DNA of 64,000 nucleotides from a virus, in the IMG/VR virus record IMGVR_UViG_3300036799_000109, positions 5,172 to 69,171 of that record; one strand, written 5' to 3'. The notes under the pieces were generated by a model. That model was not told the DNA's origin. It did no database searches and saw only the letters and a list, made by a program, of their open reading frames with translations. Positions 28,190 to 37,312 of this stretch are shown here, in pieces. The position numbers and the translations under genes are program-made. Numbering within the stretch: the stretch's first letter is position 1; each line of letters starts with the position of its first letter.

Positions 28190-29665
28190 TCAGGCGGCGC
28201 TGATGGCCTGAGACAAGGGCACGGACTGCAGCACAATGGCGATGAACTCGGCGACACCAGCGGGCTTGATCTGCAACACCGCGTTCGCGTACCCCGCCGC
28301 CATCGTGTCGACGGTGTTCACCTGCGGGCCGGTGTTCACGCTGAACGCGTCGCTCGCCGAGGCCCCGTACAAGGCCCCGAGCTGCCAGTAGTCCGTCAGG
28401 ATGCCGCGCAACGCGCCGTTCCAGGCCGACAGCAGCCTGCCCGCGTTGTCGAGCTGCCCGAACTGGATCGCCGCGCCGGCCTGCACCGCCCGGTCCTGAA
28501 TCGCCATGCGCAGACGTGCCCGCCCGAGCTGCATCCACTGCGGATCGGGCGAGAGCGACCTGAAGCCGTAGAGCTGCACGACCCCGGCGATGCTGCGGAT
28601 CAGGCTCACACCCGCGAGGTTCAGGCTCGCCCTGTCCGAGTCGATGTAGGTCTGCGTCACGCCGACCGCGTAGAACGAGTGCCCGTTCGGCCCGGCCGCC
28701 GCGAGCGCGGGATTGCCGTCCTGATCGACAGAGCAGCAGCGCGCGGCGACGAGCGCACTCGGCGGCACGGTGCGCGTCGGCGGCGGAATCGCGCCACCGG
28801 TCGAGATCCCCGGCAGGATCACCCACGGCGCGCACAGCGTCGCCCGCGTCGGATCGGCCCCGCCCGTGGCGATCGCCCCGGCCGCGGTGATCAGCGTCGC
28901 CGCGGTCGCGGTGTCCACCGGGTCGAGCAGAGCGACCCGGTTGTTCGCCGTGGCGTGGTTGGTCAGCGCGACGTGCGCAGGGTCAGTGGTGCGACCCGGT
29001 GCCGAGATCTGCCCAGGCCCCAGGTCGGCGGTGAACGTGGTCAGCGCGTTCGTCCACTGTGTCTCCGTGATGCCGGCGTTGTCGTCAGCGCCAGCAGTCA
29101 GGGCCGTCGCGGCGAGCACCGCAGGGTTGTTCAGCGGTGTCGCGGTCGCGCTGTTCTCGTTGGTGATCGTCACGTAGTTCGACTGCGTCGACCAGGACAC
29201 CGCGTCAGCCGGGGTGCTCAGCACAGGCGAGGTCTCCACGACACCGGCCGCGGTCGTCGAGAAGATCAGCTGATAGGTAGACGCGGTGGGGTGCGTGACC
29301 TGCACAGACAGCGCGTTGCCCCACACGCCCGCACCCAGTGCTGTCACCGTGAGCGTGGCCAGCGGGCTTCCCGCGCCGTCCATCAGGGTCTTCGTCGCGG
29401 TCGCCGCGGCGGGTCCGACGACCCTGCTGACGTAGGCCTGCACGCCACCATCGCGGAAGTACTGATCCAGCGCGTCGTAGAGCGTGCCCGCAGGCACTCT
29501 GCCACCGAACTTCGTCGCGTAGTCCGACATGCTCTGCAGCAGCACCGGGCGGCCGACCGGCCCGCGTTCGGTGAGGCCCGTGACGAACCAGAGGCCTGTG
29601 CGCGGCGCTGTCGTCGACGGCGGCGGCGCGCTGATGGAGGAGAACGAGATACCTGGGGCCGTCAT
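28190..29665 (-). CDS. Contractile tail sheath protein
   Basis: GLTERGP, YFRDGG..AYVSRV, GVWGN, VPPS, YGFRSL, WQLGALYG, AEFI motifs. Confidence 0.95.
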   Translation of the reverse strand: MTAPGISFSSISAPPPSTTAPRTGLWFVTGLTERGPVGRPVLLQSMSDYATKFGGRVPAGTLYDALDQYFRDGGVQAYVSRVVGPAAATATKTLMDGAGSPLATLTVTALGAGVWGNALSVQVTHPTASTYQLIFSTTAAGVVETSPVLSTPADAVSWSTQSNYVTITNENSATATPLNNPAVLAATALTAGADDNAGITETQWTNALTTFTADLGPGQISAPGRTTDPAHVALTNHATANNRVALLDPVDTATAATLITAAGAIATGGADPTRATLCAPWVILPGISTGGAIPPPTRTVPPSALVAARCCSVDQDGNPALAAAGPNGHSFYAVGVTQTYIDSDRASLNLAGVSLIRSIAGVVQLYGFRSLSPDPQWMQLGRARLRMAIQDRAVQAGAAIQFGQLDNAGRLLSAWNGALRGILTDYWQLGALYGASASDAFSVNTGPQVNTVDTMAAGYANAVLQIKPAGVAEFIAIVLQSVPLSQAISAA

Positions 29666-29910
29666 GACTGGCCTCCCTTGCTGCTGCGAGTGGATCGGGC
29701 GGGCTCGGGCTCGGCCTCGACGGGCTTGTCCGAGGGCGCAGGCGGGGCAGGCGGCGACGGCTCGGTGACCTCACGCAGCAGCCCGTCGCTGATCGCCTCG
29801 CGCACGCGCTCGGTGTCGTCGACGTCGGCCACGTCACCGGGCGCGAGGATTCCCCCGGTGTCGGTGTCCCACGGGTGGTTGCACATGACCATCACTCGCA
29901 TAGCTGGCAC
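29662..29910 (-). CDS. Small virion-associated hypothetical protein
   Basis: 82 aa, overlaps the sheath start. Confidence 0.6.
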   Translation of the reverse strand: MPAMRVMVMCNHPWDTDTGGILAPGDVADVDDTERVREAISDGLLREVTEPSPPAPPAPSDKPVEAEPEPARSTRSSKGGQS

Positions 29911-29981
29911 TCCCAGGTTGAGACGATGTTTCGAGTAGGCCTGACCTGCGAGGACGGCCCTGCAGACGGTTGAGAGCTGGT

Positions 29982-30620
29982 TTAGAGCTGCTCGACGCTG
30001 GTCGCGGTGTGCTCGACGGTCGGCGGCACAGGGGGCTCGACGGTCGGGTCAGGCGTGGGCACTGTCGCGGGACCGGCGTAGGCGTCGAGAATGTTCTCGA
30101 CGAACGCGCCGAGCAGCAACGTCCCTCTGCCCCAGGTGTGGAAGGCGTTCTGATCGACTGGCCGGTAGCTCACGCCACGCCAGTACAGGGACTGCGCGAA
30201 CCCGCCCAGGCTTGGGTGCTGCAGCAGGGCCTGCATCAGCGCCGTCATGTACCAGCCGAGCCGGTCCTCTGTGTCCTGCCAGCTGGTGCCCCACAACCAG
30301 AGGTTGACCTGCACGTCCCACAGGCAGGCGTAGGTGCCGTCACCGTCGCGACGTGGCACGTCGAGCGTGCCGGGGCAGTACACCGTCCACCGCGGGGCCT
30401 GATCACCGCCCACGGGGGAGATGTCTGCGTCGTTCTCCCACTCGTTGAAACCGACCAGCGGCGGGTCGATCACGCCGACCCGGCGCGCGGCCTCAGCGAC
30501 GTACGTCGGCGCCCACTTCTCCAGCGTCGCCTGCACCGCCTGCCGCACCTGCGCAGGCCCGATCCACGGCCCGAACACCCCACCGCCTGGCGGTCCGGAC
30601 AGGCCAGGTGGCCCGGTCAC
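29982..30620 (-). CDS. Tail terminator/completion protein
   Basis: Position in the operon; LLQHPSLGG motif. Confidence 0.65.
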   Translation of the reverse strand: MTGPPGLSGPPGGGVFGPWIGPAQVRQAVQATLEKWAPTYVAEAARRVGVIDPPLVGFNEWENDADISPVGGDQAPRWTVYCPGTLDVPRRDGDGTYACLWDVQVNLWLWGTSWQDTEDRLGWYMTALMQALLQHPSLGGFAQSLYWRGVSYRPVDQNAFHTWGRGTLLLGAFVENILDAYAGPATVPTPDPTVEPPVPPTVEHTATSVEQL

Positions 30621-31105
30621 CCGACGATCCCTTCATCAGACAGCGGGCCGGTGATCACGACCGTGGGGATCAGGGCGCGCTGCAGGATCCGCCCCCAGCG
30701 CAGCGCCTCGTCCTCGCCGATGTCGACGAGCTTGCGCGCCGGCAGGTGCTCAGTGCCTCGCTGGTGGTAGTCGGCGTACGGCAGGCTCGTGCCGAGTTCC
30801 AGCGCGTCAGGCATCATCCGCACGATCGCCCCGTCCGCGTTCTCATCGGTCAGGGAGTCGCGCAGTGCCCCGCTGCGCACCATGAGCTTGCCCGCGCCGG
30901 CCTTGCGGCGCACGGTCTGCTCCGTCAACGGCTCCCAGCGCGCGCCTCTCGGGCCGCCGCTGTCGAACTGCTGGCGCTGCATGCGGTGGAAGTCGGCGAC
31001 GATCGCAGGGAACGCGGTCGCCTCGATGATCGCGGCCCGATCGCGCATCAGCGTGAACTCGTTCTTCGCGCCAGGCACCCCGAAGCCTTCGATGATCGTG
31101 CGCAC
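30617..31105 (-). CDS. Virion morphogenesis (Mu gpG / P2 gpS-like) protein
   Basis: WEPL, SGALRDSL, GTSLPYADYHQRG, LPAR. Confidence 0.85.
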   Translation of the reverse strand: MRTIIEGFGVPGAKNEFTLMRDRAAIIEATAFPAIVADFHRMQRQQFDSGGPRGARWEPLTEQTVRRKAGAGKLMVRSGALRDSLTDENADGAIVRMMPDALELGTSLPYADYHQRGTEHLPARKLVDIGEDEALRWGRILQRALIPTVVITGPLSDEGIVG

Positions 31106-31157
31106 CAGCTATCCCCTGATCGAGAGCGCGGAAATATGCCAGCAGGTATGCCACAGG

Positions 31158-31313
31158 TCAGAAGAAGTGCCTGCGCCCACCCACGGGGTGCCCGACGCCG
31201 CCGAGGAGCACCAGGATGGCGCCGATGGCGAGCAGGACGATGCCCAGCGTGGTCAGCAGGGAGATCCCCAGGACCAGGCCGAGGACCAGCAGGATGGCAC
31301 CGAGGATGATCAT
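31158..31313 (-). CDS. DUF6131-like small membrane protein (51 aa)
   Basis: MIILGAILLVLG...GHPVGGRRHFF, GGAGGG RBS; below the ORF-track cutoff. Confidence 0.7.
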   Translation of the reverse strand: MIILGAILLVLGLVLGISLLTTLGIVLLAIGAILVLLGGVGHPVGGRRHFF

Positions 31314-31337
31314 GTGGTTTTCCCTCCAGGGGGCCGG

Positions 31338-32000
31338 TCAGTTCGCGTACGCGGCGAGCAGCGAGGTGATCTCGCCGTCGAGATCGTCGGTGTCCATCCC
31401 CGGACGGTTCTGCGGCTCCATGCGCAGGATCAACATCTTCGTCGCCTGCAACAGGGTGGCGTCACGCAACTCGTCAGGGACCGCGACCGTGTACCCGCCC
31501 GAGTAGAGGCTCCTGATGATCGTGCCCACCGGGCAGAACACGCCCGCTGGGAGCCGCAGGTGCCCAGTGTCGGCGTGCGGGCCCTCGAGCATCTCCTGGG
31601 TGAGGATCTGCTGGTCGCCCCAGGCCCGGACGAGGGTGACCGACACGTCGCTGTAGGTCCACAGCTCAGGCCAGCACGGCGCGAACTGGTCGAGCCACAG
31701 GTCACGCACCGAGGTGCCCGACCCGAAGGCCATCGCCTGATCACGGGACAGCGCCCCGGCCAGCGGCAACGGCCCCTCATAGCCGTACAGGGTGCGATCC
31801 ACGCCTTCCGCTGTCTCCGTCTGCACCATGCCGGTGAACGGGGTCAGCCTGCGCCGGCAGCGCTGCTCGATGGCGCGGGAGGCACGGATCATCACCTGCA
31901 TCTGCTGCGCAGGATCAGGCGTGCCCCGCCACAGCACCCGAAGCGCCGTGCCCTCCAGGTCGGCGGGCACGGCCATCGGCGTGTAGGCGGGTGAGGTCAT
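31338..32000 (-). CDS. Head-to-tail adaptor
   Basis: ASRAIEQRC, YSGGY..VPDELRDA motifs. Confidence 0.8.
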   Translation of the reverse strand: MTSPAYTPMAVPADLEGTALRVLWRGTPDPAQQMQVMIRASRAIEQRCRRRLTPFTGMVQTETAEGVDRTLYGYEGPLPLAGALSRDQAMAFGSGTSVRDLWLDQFAPCWPELWTYSDVSVTLVRAWGDQQILTQEMLEGPHADTGHLRLPAGVFCPVGTIIRSLYSGGYTVAVPDELRDATLLQATKMLILRMEPQNRPGMDTDDLDGEITSLLAAYAN

Positions 32001-32015
32001 CGCCCCTCCCGCCGT

Positions 32016-32291
32016 TTACGTGCGTTGCTCGGTGATCGCCTTGCCGCGGCCGCGCCTGCCGCTGGCCGCTGTCTTCTCGCCCTCGTCGTCCGCCGTGGCG
32101 TCGGGGTCGGGCTCGGTCACCGGCTCGGCAGGAGGCGGGGAGGCCTCGCTGTAGCCGTCGATCGCCAGCACGCTGTGCGCCAGATCGACGTCGCGGATCG
32201 CGATGACCGCGCCGTCGTGCGGCCAGCACAGCCCCTGCGGTCCGTTGCTGGCTCGCTCGGCGCGCACGTACACCACAGGTGTGTTCGCCAT
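32016..32291 (-). CDS. Hypothetical head-associated protein
   Basis: 91 aa, coupled to the capsid stop. Confidence 0.65.
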   Translation of the reverse strand: MANTPVVYVRAERASNGPQGLCWPHDGAVIAIRDVDLAHSVLAIDGYSEASPPPAEPVTEPDPDATADDEGEKTAASGRRGRGKAITEQRT

Positions 32292-33661
32292 CAGAGAGTT
32301 GCCACCGTGTTCCTGAGACGGCCCGCGAACTTCGGTCCCCTGAGCGCGAGCGTGGTGTCGCTGACCAGGGCGAACGGCAGCGAGTCCGGGCTCGCGGTCG
32401 TCGGGTAAACGTCGACGGGCCGAATGTCACGCACATACGGGCGCACGAGGATGTCCGGGTCCCGTGGGAGGAGGTAGACGTCCTCGCCACCTGCGATGCG
32501 CGGCTTCTGCGAGGAACCGCCAACGTAGGTCGAGGCCGGGACGCCGACGTTCGCGCCCTGCACCGGGGTCAAGTTCGTCCCGTTGTCGATGATGCTGGTG
32601 GCGTAGTTCGGGGTGATGCCGTCGCCCTGCAGGCTCGCCACGGCGTCGACGACACCGAGCAGCGTCGCCGTGCCCGTCGCCGTGCCCCGGTACACCCGGT
32701 ACGACATCGGGGCCGCACCATCGGGGCCCGGTGGCAGCGCGAACGACAGGGTCACGGTGCTGGTGGCCCCCGTGGTGACCTGCGAGATCTCCGTCGACGG
32801 GGTCAGAGCGCCGTAGCGCGCCACGATCGGCTCGATCTGGTAGTAGTACGTCGCCGCGGCCAGGGAACCGCCTGTGGTCGACGTCGCCGCGGTGACGGTG
32901 CCCATGCTGCTGGCCCGGTTCGACAGGAACGACGACTTGATCATCGGAATGTCGCGGTAGGCGGTGACCAGCAGACCCGCGGTGACCTCGATCTGCGTCA
33001 GGAACCGCTGCAGCGGCGTCTCCAGCTGACTGATCTTCGACGCCGCGGTCGGGGACATGACCAGCATCCACTCACTGGAGAACACCGGCATCGCCGCGTT
33101 GGTCTCCACGCAGTCGATCAGCTGGTCGAGCTGGCTGAACGACAGCGCTGCACCAGCGCCGTTGATCGAGTTCTGTGGGTTCGTCGCCGTGCCCGTGAAC
33201 TGGTTGATGAGCTGGTCCAAGCCGCTGAACTGCGGCCACGGGCGAGGGGGAGCGGTCGCAGGGTCGCAGCCCCACAGCATCGCCGTCTCAATGTCCCACA
33301 GCAGGCCCTGCACGCAGGATGCGATCTCCTGCGCGCGCAGGTCGCCGATCAGGGAGCGGGTGACCTCCTGCGCGTAGCCGGTGACCGCACCCACGCTCTG
33401 CAGGAGCTTGATGTCGAACCCGAACTGCTCGTACGTGCTGTTGCCCAGCGGCCGCGCGCCGCCGTCCTGCACGAACCCGCCAGGAGCCCGGAAGGTCCTC
33501 CTGTTGAAGTTGTACCGGGTGCTGTTCCAGGCTTTCGTCGGCGTGGCCCTGACCAGCGGGGAGTATCGGCGCTGGTATTCCAGTAGCAACGGGTCGATGA
33601 CCGTCTGGATCAGGGCGGTGACCCCAGCAGCGGTCAGGGCCTCATTCAGATCAGTAGACAT
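32291..33661 (-). CDS. Major capsid protein (HK97 fold) with inserted Ig/FN3-like domain
   Basis: GAVTGYAQ, DIETAMLWG, QFSGL motifs; Thr-rich beta insert (TYYYQI...YRVYRG); AAGGAG RBS. Confidence 0.85.
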   Translation of the reverse strand: MSTDLNEALTAAGVTALIQTVIDPLLLEYQRRYSPLVRATPTKAWNSTRYNFNRRTFRAPGGFVQDGGARPLGNSTYEQFGFDIKLLQSVGAVTGYAQEVTRSLIGDLRAQEIASCVQGLLWDIETAMLWGCDPATAPPRPWPQFSGLDQLINQFTGTATNPQNSINGAGAALSFSQLDQLIDCVETNAAMPVFSSEWMLVMSPTAASKISQLETPLQRFLTQIEVTAGLLVTAYRDIPMIKSSFLSNRASSMGTVTAATSTTGGSLAAATYYYQIEPIVARYGALTPSTEISQVTTGATSTVTLSFALPPGPDGAAPMSYRVYRGTATGTATLLGVVDAVASLQGDGITPNYATSIIDNGTNLTPVQGANVGVPASTYVGGSSQKPRIAGGEDVYLLPRDPDILVRPYVRDIRPVDVYPTTASPDSLPFALVSDTTLALRGPKFAGRLRNTVATL

Positions 33662-33683
33662 TCTGGGGTCTCCTTCGGGCATG

Positions 33684-33719
33684 AAAAAACCCCAGGCGAT
33701 TCGGGGGCGCCAGGGGTTC
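33684..33719 (-). terminator. Terminator-like hairpin with U-tract upstream of capsid gene
   Basis: Minus strand AACCCCTGGCG...CGCCTGGGGTTTTTT. Confidence 0.5.
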
Positions 33720-33742
33720 GGTGGTGCGGGTTACGGAAGCGA

Positions 33743-35413
33743 TCAGGTGGGGTTAATCGGGCCGAGCACCGAGTCCCAGGCCTGCGACGCCACCTTCAGC
33801 AGATCGGTCGAGGACAGCTTCGACAGGTCCCTGCCGTCACCGGCCGCCGCCTTCTGCGCGTCCGCTGCCTCACGCAGCAGACCCTTGCGCGACGGCCCCA
33901 GGTCCTCCACGAGCTGCTTACGCAGACCGTTGACGCCCTCTGCGACGGCCGCGGCGACGGCCTTCGACAGGTCCTCAGCGGTCAGCTGAGGCGGGACCTC
34001 AGGCTTCGCCTCGGCGCTTGCCTCGGTGGTCGTCGTCGCGGGCGTGGTGGTCTCGGCGGGGGCGGACGGCTGCCCCACCTTCGACTGGATCTGGTCGGCG
34101 ATCTTCGCGGCGATGGCGTCGATCTGCTCCTGCGACAGGTCTGTGCTCGTGGTGCCGGTCGGGGCGTCGGCGGGCTTCTCGCCGCCGTCGCTACCAGCAG
34201 CATCAGTGCCGGTGGTGCTGGTGTCGGCAGGAGCCTCAGTGGACTCCTTCGACGTGCCGGCGCCTTCCGTGGTGCCAGGCTTCGGCGCGTCCTTGCCGGT
34301 GTCGGTGTTGGTGTCGGCCACGGTGGGCTCCTTCGTCGTCGTTTCGGACTCGCCAGCTACTACTGGCCCGCCGCATGAGGGACAGAAAATCGAACCCTGG
34401 GGAACGGGCTCGTCGCAGGACTTGCAGCGCGCCCCGCTATCACCAGGCAGGTCCAGGTCGCCGTCTCCATCCGGATCGAGCACCGTCAGCGCCGCTGTCG
34501 CAGCGGCCCCGATCTGCGTCGCGGCGGCGGCGATGTCGTGGTTCGCGACCCCGAAGGCGCGCACGTCGACGTCGGTCTGGTCCTGATAGGCGGAGACGCT
34601 GATGTAGGCCTCGGCGGCGCTACGGAGACCGTCGAGGGCCTCCTGCAGGGTGTGCGCGTCAGTCAGCGTGAGCTGGTGCTTCTCGGCGGCGGTCTTGATG
34701 CGCCCTCTGATCAGCTGCACCTGCCGCGGCGTGTACCGCTCCTGCACCACGCTCTGGTTGATGCTGCACCAGGCGTCACGGACCTGTTCGACGGAGTCGA
34801 TCGGGAGGCGTTCGAGTCCATCGGACTGGTGTCCAGCGTCGGCGAACGAGGGCTTCGGCGGCGGGGCCTGGCTGGTCTCGACGTGCGTCTCAGGCGCGGA
34901 CTCGGTGATCGGGGTGCGCTGGCCGGCGCGCTCGGCGAGCTTGGTCGTCGTCGCGATCCGCGCCGCGGTCACGCCAGGGGAGCGCGTGAAGTCGATGCCG
35001 TCGATCTCCAGGTCGTCGGCGGTCTCCACCTGCTGCCCGTCGACGCTGGTGGTGAGCACCTGCCCGAGCCACCAGCCCCGGATGCTGACCGTCTCCAGTG
35101 CGCGCCGGCCGGTGGAGTCGGGCTCGGTGAGCGCGGCGATCTCCCGCCCTGCCTTGGTGTCGGGGAGTGCCCCTTCCCACGTGGCTGACCCGTCGTCCTG
35201 CTGGGCCACGGCGGTGACCCGTGCGCTGATCCGCGTGGAGTCGTCGCCTGCGCCGTGATGGGTGAGCATCACGATCGGCAGCCCGGCGGGGTCCGCGATG
35301 CGCTCGGTCATGCGCTTCACGGCCTTGCCGATGGCGTCTTTGGTGTACAGGCGGTTGTTCAGGCTGACGCCGGGGACGAGGAATGTGCCGCCGATGGTGC
35401 CGATTGCGCCCAC
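33743..35413 (-). CDS. Prohead protease / scaffold fusion with zinc ribbon
   Basis: PGVSLNNRLYT, THH, VSIRG, IDFTRSPGV protease motifs; CKSC..CPSC; acidic low-complexity scaffold tail. Confidence 0.8.
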   Translation of the reverse strand: MGAIGTIGGTFLVPGVSLNNRLYTKDAIGKAVKRMTERIADPAGLPIVMLTHHGAGDDSTRISARVTAVAQQDDGSATWEGALPDTKAGREIAALTEPDSTGRRALETVSIRGWWLGQVLTTSVDGQQVETADDLEIDGIDFTRSPGVTAARIATTTKLAERAGQRTPITESAPETHVETSQAPPPKPSFADAGHQSDGLERLPIDSVEQVRDAWCSINQSVVQERYTPRQVQLIRGRIKTAAEKHQLTLTDAHTLQEALDGLRSAAEAYISVSAYQDQTDVDVRAFGVANHDIAAAATQIGAAATAALTVLDPDGDGDLDLPGDSGARCKSCDEPVPQGSIFCPSCGGPVVAGESETTTKEPTVADTNTDTGKDAPKPGTTEGAGTSKESTEAPADTSTTGTDAAGSDGGEKPADAPTGTTSTDLSQEQIDAIAAKIADQIQSKVGQPSAPAETTTPATTTTEASAEAKPEVPPQLTAEDLSKAVAAAVAEGVNGLRKQLVEDLGPSRKGLLREAADAQKAAAGDGRDLSKLSSTDLLKVASQAWDSVLGPINPT

Positions 35414-35444
35414 GCCAGTTGCCTCCTCTTTAGACTGCGCGGCT

Positions 35445-35681
35445 ATGTCTGCTGAGCCTGTGCGTGACCCTGGCGGCGTAGCGCTCGCCGTGATGCTGCT
35501 GATCGCCGCCGCTGGGCTCGCCTGGGTGGCGATCGACGCGCACGCCTTCATCTGGAAGGTGCTCGACTTCGGCCTGGTCGGCGCGCTCGGCGCGCTGGGC
35601 GTCTTCGGCCTGGTGGAGTCCCTCACCAGGGCGCATCGCGACCATCGAGGCCGCCGCGTTTCCCCCGACCTGGGGGCCTAG
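35445..35681 (+). CDS. Small 2-TM protein, antisense within head operon
   Basis: 78 aa hydrophobic ORF filling the gap between MuF and protease. Confidence 0.55.
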   Translation: MSAEPVRDPGGVALAVMLLIAAAGLAWVAIDAHAFIWKVLDFGLVGALGALGVFGLVESLTRAHRDHRGRRVSPDLGA

Positions 35682-35685
35682 GCGG

Positions 35686-37032
35686 TCAGGGCCACGGGGC
35701 GAGGACGCAGCGGCACAGCCCGTGATCCACCGGGGGCGCCATCTCCCGCGCATACGGCGAGCCGCTTTCCTTCGCCATGCAGCCCGCGCAGGCGTCCGCG
35801 CCCGCTGTCTGCCAGGTCACCAGCAGCGTGCCCGCCGCCCCGTACAGCTGCAGCGCCCCGTCCGCCCAGGTCCGCGCGAGTTCCAGGTCGAGCGCGTACA
35901 GCACGCCCGCCCCGTCGACGAGCACTCTCGCCAGTCCGCTGTCGTCCTGCTCGGCGCTGAGGGCGTCGACGACGTCGCCGCCGAGGCTGCCGAGTTGCTG
36001 CGCGATCCAGAAGTCCGGGTTCATCGGGTCGGGCAGGTCAGAGGGTGCGGGTCGCAGCTCTGTCGCACCGCCGCTGAGGAGGTAGGCCCCGGCCGCGGCG
36101 CCCGCGGTGATGGCGTTCGTGTGCGCTGCGACGAGCGCACCCCGCCAGTCGTCGACGACTTCCGAGGTGACCCAGGCGCGTAGCAGCTGATCGCCTGCCT
36201 GCGATCGCCTCAGGTCGCGTGTCGCGCCCGCCTGTATCGCCGTCTGCAGCCCTGATAGGTCGATCTGCTCAGCGAACTGCCTGATCAGCGGCAACATCGC
36301 TGCACGGCTCTCGTCGTGCACGCTCTGGTGCTGCGCTGCGGCGGCTGCGACGAGGGCGGTGCGTCTGCCGTCGACCTCGGCCTCGGCCTCGCTGATCTCG
36401 CCGCGGCGCGCGGCCTGGTAGACGGCGGTCGCGCGCAGGCGGGAGTGCTCGGTCACGGGCTGATGTGTGCTGCTGTAGCCGCGTGCGTAGGCGCCGAGCG
36501 CGTACTCGGCGGGCGACGGCGCGGTCAGCGGCAGCTCCTCGCGGTCGTCGGCGAGGAACAGGCCGACCCGGTCGAACACGATGTCGCCGACGAGCTCCAG
36601 GTCCCCTGCGACCGCGTCGTAGGCCGCGGTCATGTGCGGCAGGTACGGCTCGTGCTGCGTCTCGTGCTGCTCGCCGAGGAGCGCACTGGCGACGGTGTTC
36701 ACCAGGTCGTGCAACGGCGTCAACCGGTCCGAGTCGCCGATGAGGTACACGGCGCACGGGTCACGGTCACCGTCCGGGCCGTGATCCGGGTTGAAGGTGC
36801 CGTGCGCGAACACCCGCGCTGTGAGCGGCGAGCCGAGGTGCGACACGGCGGCCTCGGCGATGTTGCGCGCGAGCTTGCGGCGATCGTCGTCCCACCCGGT
36901 GACGTCGTCCCCGAGGTACTGCAACGTCAGGTGCAGCTCGTCCACCGGTTCGGCGTTCGCACTGGTCAGGGCGTAGTGCTGGGCGTCCTCGGCACGCGGC
37001 AGGAGTGCGATCATGCCCCCGGTGTGCGCCAC
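35686..37032 (-). CDS. 2H phosphoesterase (Acb1/2'-5' RNA ligase-like) fused to MuF-like minor head protein
   Basis: LHLTLQYLG and YLPHMTAAY HxT motifs at the N-terminus; WQT..DACAGC..HGLCRC MuF motif at the C-terminus. Confidence 0.8.
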   Translation of the reverse strand: MAHTGGMIALLPRAEDAQHYALTSANAEPVDELHLTLQYLGDDVTGWDDDRRKLARNIAEAAVSHLGSPLTARVFAHGTFNPDHGPDGDRDPCAVYLIGDSDRLTPLHDLVNTVASALLGEQHETQHEPYLPHMTAAYDAVAGDLELVGDIVFDRVGLFLADDREELPLTAPSPAEYALGAYARGYSSTHQPVTEHSRLRATAVYQAARRGEISEAEAEVDGRRTALVAAAAAQHQSVHDESRAAMLPLIRQFAEQIDLSGLQTAIQAGATRDLRRSQAGDQLLRAWVTSEVVDDWRGALVAAHTNAITAGAAAGAYLLSGGATELRPAPSDLPDPMNPDFWIAQQLGSLGGDVVDALSAEQDDSGLARVLVDGAGVLYALDLELARTWADGALQLYGAAGTLLVTWQTAGADACAGCMAKESGSPYAREMAPPVDHGLCRCVLAPWP

Positions 37033-37301
37033 TACTCGGGCTCGTGGCCGGCGTCGCGCAGGGCCTGGTCGACGACCTGCGCGTCAGCGGCCTGTCGGCG
37101 GATGACGTTGAGACTCGCCTGGTCACCTGCGGGCAGCACCACGGTGGGGATACCCGGCAAGGCGGAGGCGAGCGCGGCGCGTACTTCCGAGAACGCCACG
37201 GTGCTCAGGCTCTCGTTGACCAGGAGCACCACTGTGTCGCCCTCCTGCACGTTGAGCACGTGCAGCACGCCGAGGCTCACGAGCTTGGACATCTCGGCCA
37301 T
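37032..37301 (-). CDS. Hypothetical protein
   Basis: 89 aa, coupled to the next gene. Confidence 0.6.
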   Translation of the reverse strand: MAEMSKLVSLGVLHVLNVQEGDTVVLLVNESLSTVAFSEVRAALASALPGIPTVVLPAGDQASLNVIRRQAADAQVVDQALRDAGHEPE

Positions 37302-37312
37302 CGAGGATCTCC

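Noticed and set aside
18912-29665. Extracellular contractile injection system or tailocin
   Set aside because: Capsid, portal, protease and terminase genes are in the same operon, and the tape measure is long.
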